64,000 nucleotides of DNA, from positions 160,001-224,000 of the forward strand of contig CAWFOM010000008.1 in NCBI GenBank assembly GCA_963817385.1, given 5' to 3'. Of the stretch, positions 62,242 to 64,000 are shown piece by piece (position 1 is the first letter of the stretch; each line of letters opens with the position of its first letter). The position numbers and the translations under genes are program-made. The notes beneath the pieces are model-generated. The model did not search any database. It was given only the letters and a program-made list of their open reading frames with translations, and was not told the origin of the DNA. The DNA is from an uncultured delta proteobacterium (GTDB lineage Bacteria > Desulfobacterota > Syntrophia > Syntrophales > UBA5619).

Positions 62242-63561
62242 TTACCTGACGGCGGCTTCCGCCTGAGTCACGAGATCGAACAGCGAACAATCTTTTTCTC
62301 CGGTGGCCAAGCCAATGGATAGATTCAACGGCTCGCCCTTGTGCTGCTTGTTGTGCGCCTCGATGTTCCTCCTGAGCCTCAGGAGGATATTTTCTCCGAT
62401 GGATCGGTCCGACGAGGGCATGAGTGCTGCGAATCGGTCACCGCCGATCCTGGCGACCACATCCTCGGTGCGGAAGATCTTCAGGATTTTGGCCGTCTGC
62501 TTCAAGAGCTCATTCCCCGCAGCAATGCCTTCGCTCTCATTGACGGCAAGCAGGTCATCCACCTTTACCGTGATAACACTGATCGGGAACTGCCTTCCTT
62601 TTTCAAGCCGATTCAACTCCTCCTCGAAATAGGTCCTATTGTAAAGGCCGGTCAGCACATCGTGGAAGCTCATATAGCAGAGCTTTTCTTCCGTTTCCCG
62701 AAGATCGCTGACGTCGATCGCCAGGCAGATGACGCCGACGATGTTTCCCGCATCGTCCCGGTAGGGCGTCCGGTCATTCTGAATCCAGCGCCTCCCGCGG
62801 AGACTGGGCAGAATCTCTATGAATCCCCGCTTCGAAATGCCGGAAGACATGACCTGATCACTCACTTCGAAGTAGTGAGAAAGCTGCGCCGCCGGCAGGT
62901 TCGGAAACAACTCCGTGAATGTCTTACCGATGATCTGTTCGAGAGGAAAACCGAGAGATTTGCAGAAAGCCTTGTTGGCCTGGATAAAGCGGTGCTCCTT
63001 GTCCGTGTAGAATATGCTGGCCGGAATGGAATTCAGGACAATCTGCAGGTCGCTGCGTTGCCGCTGCAATTCCTCGTCAATTCGCTTTTGCATGCTGATG
63101 TTGCGGAGCATGCCATGGATGGCGACACCCCATTTGTAGGGGATGAAGAGAACAAATGTCTCACACTCGATTCTTACACCGTCCCTGGTCATGCCGGTGA
63201 AGTCGTATTGCTGAGCCGAAAACTCACCCCGACACCCTTTCCGGTATTTCTCCTGGATGAAGTTTCTGCTTTCCGGCGCGATCAGCTTCATCAGATCGAA
63301 TCCTTGATGGCAGACCTCTTCCGGCGTGACACCAAATATCTCGGCGAACTGATCATTGATGAATTCGTATTTTCTTTCGAAAATCACATAAACAGCCTCT
63401 TTCATGTGATTTACCTGCGGAAAGTAGCGGCCCATCCTCTCCCCAAAGTCCCGCTGCGCCTGCCCGACCTCCATCTCCATTGCTTCCAGCTCGGAATTCC
63501 TCAACTGCAAGGCGGCAATTTCATCGATGAGCTGCTTCTTGGTTTTGCTGGATGTCTTCAT
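62242..63561 (-). CDS. PAS-PAS-GGDEF protein with degenerate active site (GGDRF)
   Basis: Two PAS/PAC domains, HDVLTGLYNR, RTEDVVARIGGDRF. Confidence 0.9.
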   Translation of the reverse strand: MKTSSKTKKQLIDEIAALQLRNSELEAMEMEVGQAQRDFGERMGRYFPQVNHMKEAVYVIFERKYEFINDQFAEIFGVTPEEVCHQGFDLMKLIAPESRNFIQEKYRKGCRGEFSAQQYDFTGMTRDGVRIECETFVLFIPYKWGVAIHGMLRNISMQKRIDEELQRQRSDLQIVLNSIPASIFYTDKEHRFIQANKAFCKSLGFPLEQIIGKTFTELFPNLPAAQLSHYFEVSDQVMSSGISKRGFIEILPSLRGRRWIQNDRTPYRDDAGNIVGVICLAIDVSDLRETEEKLCYMSFHDVLTGLYNRTYFEEELNRLEKGRQFPISVITVKVDDLLAVNESEGIAAGNELLKQTAKILKIFRTEDVVARIGGDRFAALMPSSDRSIGENILLRLRRNIEAHNKQHKGEPLNLSIGLATGEKDCSLFDLVTQAEAAVR

Positions 63562-63946
63562 GTTTTTCAGCTCCTTATCGCAATGATAGTAAGTGGTACT
63601 GAAAAATTGACTTTAGCGCATGATTTTATTAACTATCCTTAACTATTGATAATAAGATGTTTTGTCAAGACATTTTTTAAAATCCTACGACGATTGGACA
63701 CGGTATGGAACCGAAGATTTTCTGGTCCGTTTCGGCGGAAAGGGTCGGCCTGGTGCTTACATCAACAAGCGATCCTGTCGGAAATCTTTACATTCCTATG
63801 AACCGTAAAATATTTCATTAATTTAACCACTTAGGGAAAATCGTTAAGAAATACTGTCGAGTTTCTTTACATTTTTTTCCTAATAAGAAATAAATCCTCT
63901 ACGGGAAATAGTATAATAACGTGAAATACTATATTGTTACACAACT

Positions 63947-63962
63947 TGGCATACATTTGGCA
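63947..63962 (+). promoter_or_regulatory. Possible sigma54 promoter for a gene starting beyond the window
   Basis: TGGCATACATTTGGCA has GG-N10-GC spacing; AAGGAG at about 63987. Confidence 0.35.
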
Positions 63963-64000
63963 TTGATACGTTTACATTCATTTATTAAGGAGAACTTGCA

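Noticed and set aside
1..64000. CRISPR arrays, integrases, transposases, reverse transcriptases, prophage or defence genes
   Set aside because: None recognisable by eye in the ORF track or intergenic DNA.

Overview
GC-rich bacterial chromosome segment. Gene content and order point to Desulfobacterota/Deltaproteobacteria, probably Syntrophales-like (inference, no search run). It is mostly housekeeping: recN-nadK, a split rdgC-like pair, smpB-ssrA, plsB, a partial PTS cluster, thrS-infC-rpmI-rplT-pheST-ihfA-merR, ffh-rpsP-khpA-rimM-trmD-rplS-rnhB-yraN, argS, a type IV minor pilin cluster (fimT-pilVWX-pilY1, pilD), nucleotide-sugar genes, a 2-oxoacid:ferredoxin oxidoreductase operon, hemL and F0 ATP synthase genes. 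At least 12 single-base frameshifts occur, several in essential genes, most likely uncorrected sequencing indels. Two AT-richer accessory tracts exist: about 7.63-11.64 kb at the tmRNA 3' end, and from about 62.1 kb next to a decayed tRNA-Lys 3' half. I found no CRISPR array, integrase, transposase, reverse transcriptase or recognisable defence system, so I cannot claim a new multi-gene system. Most unusual observations: (1) a 24-Cys insert in the PilY1 vWA domain whose repeats look nested (four N-halves then four C-halves); (2) an enolase reduced to its fused N- and C-termini; (3) a stand-alone RomR-C/PopZ-like small protein; (4) atpE detached and inverted relative to atpZIB; (5) terminator-like leaders before two small genes; (6) a degenerate GGDEF protein with an intact I-site.
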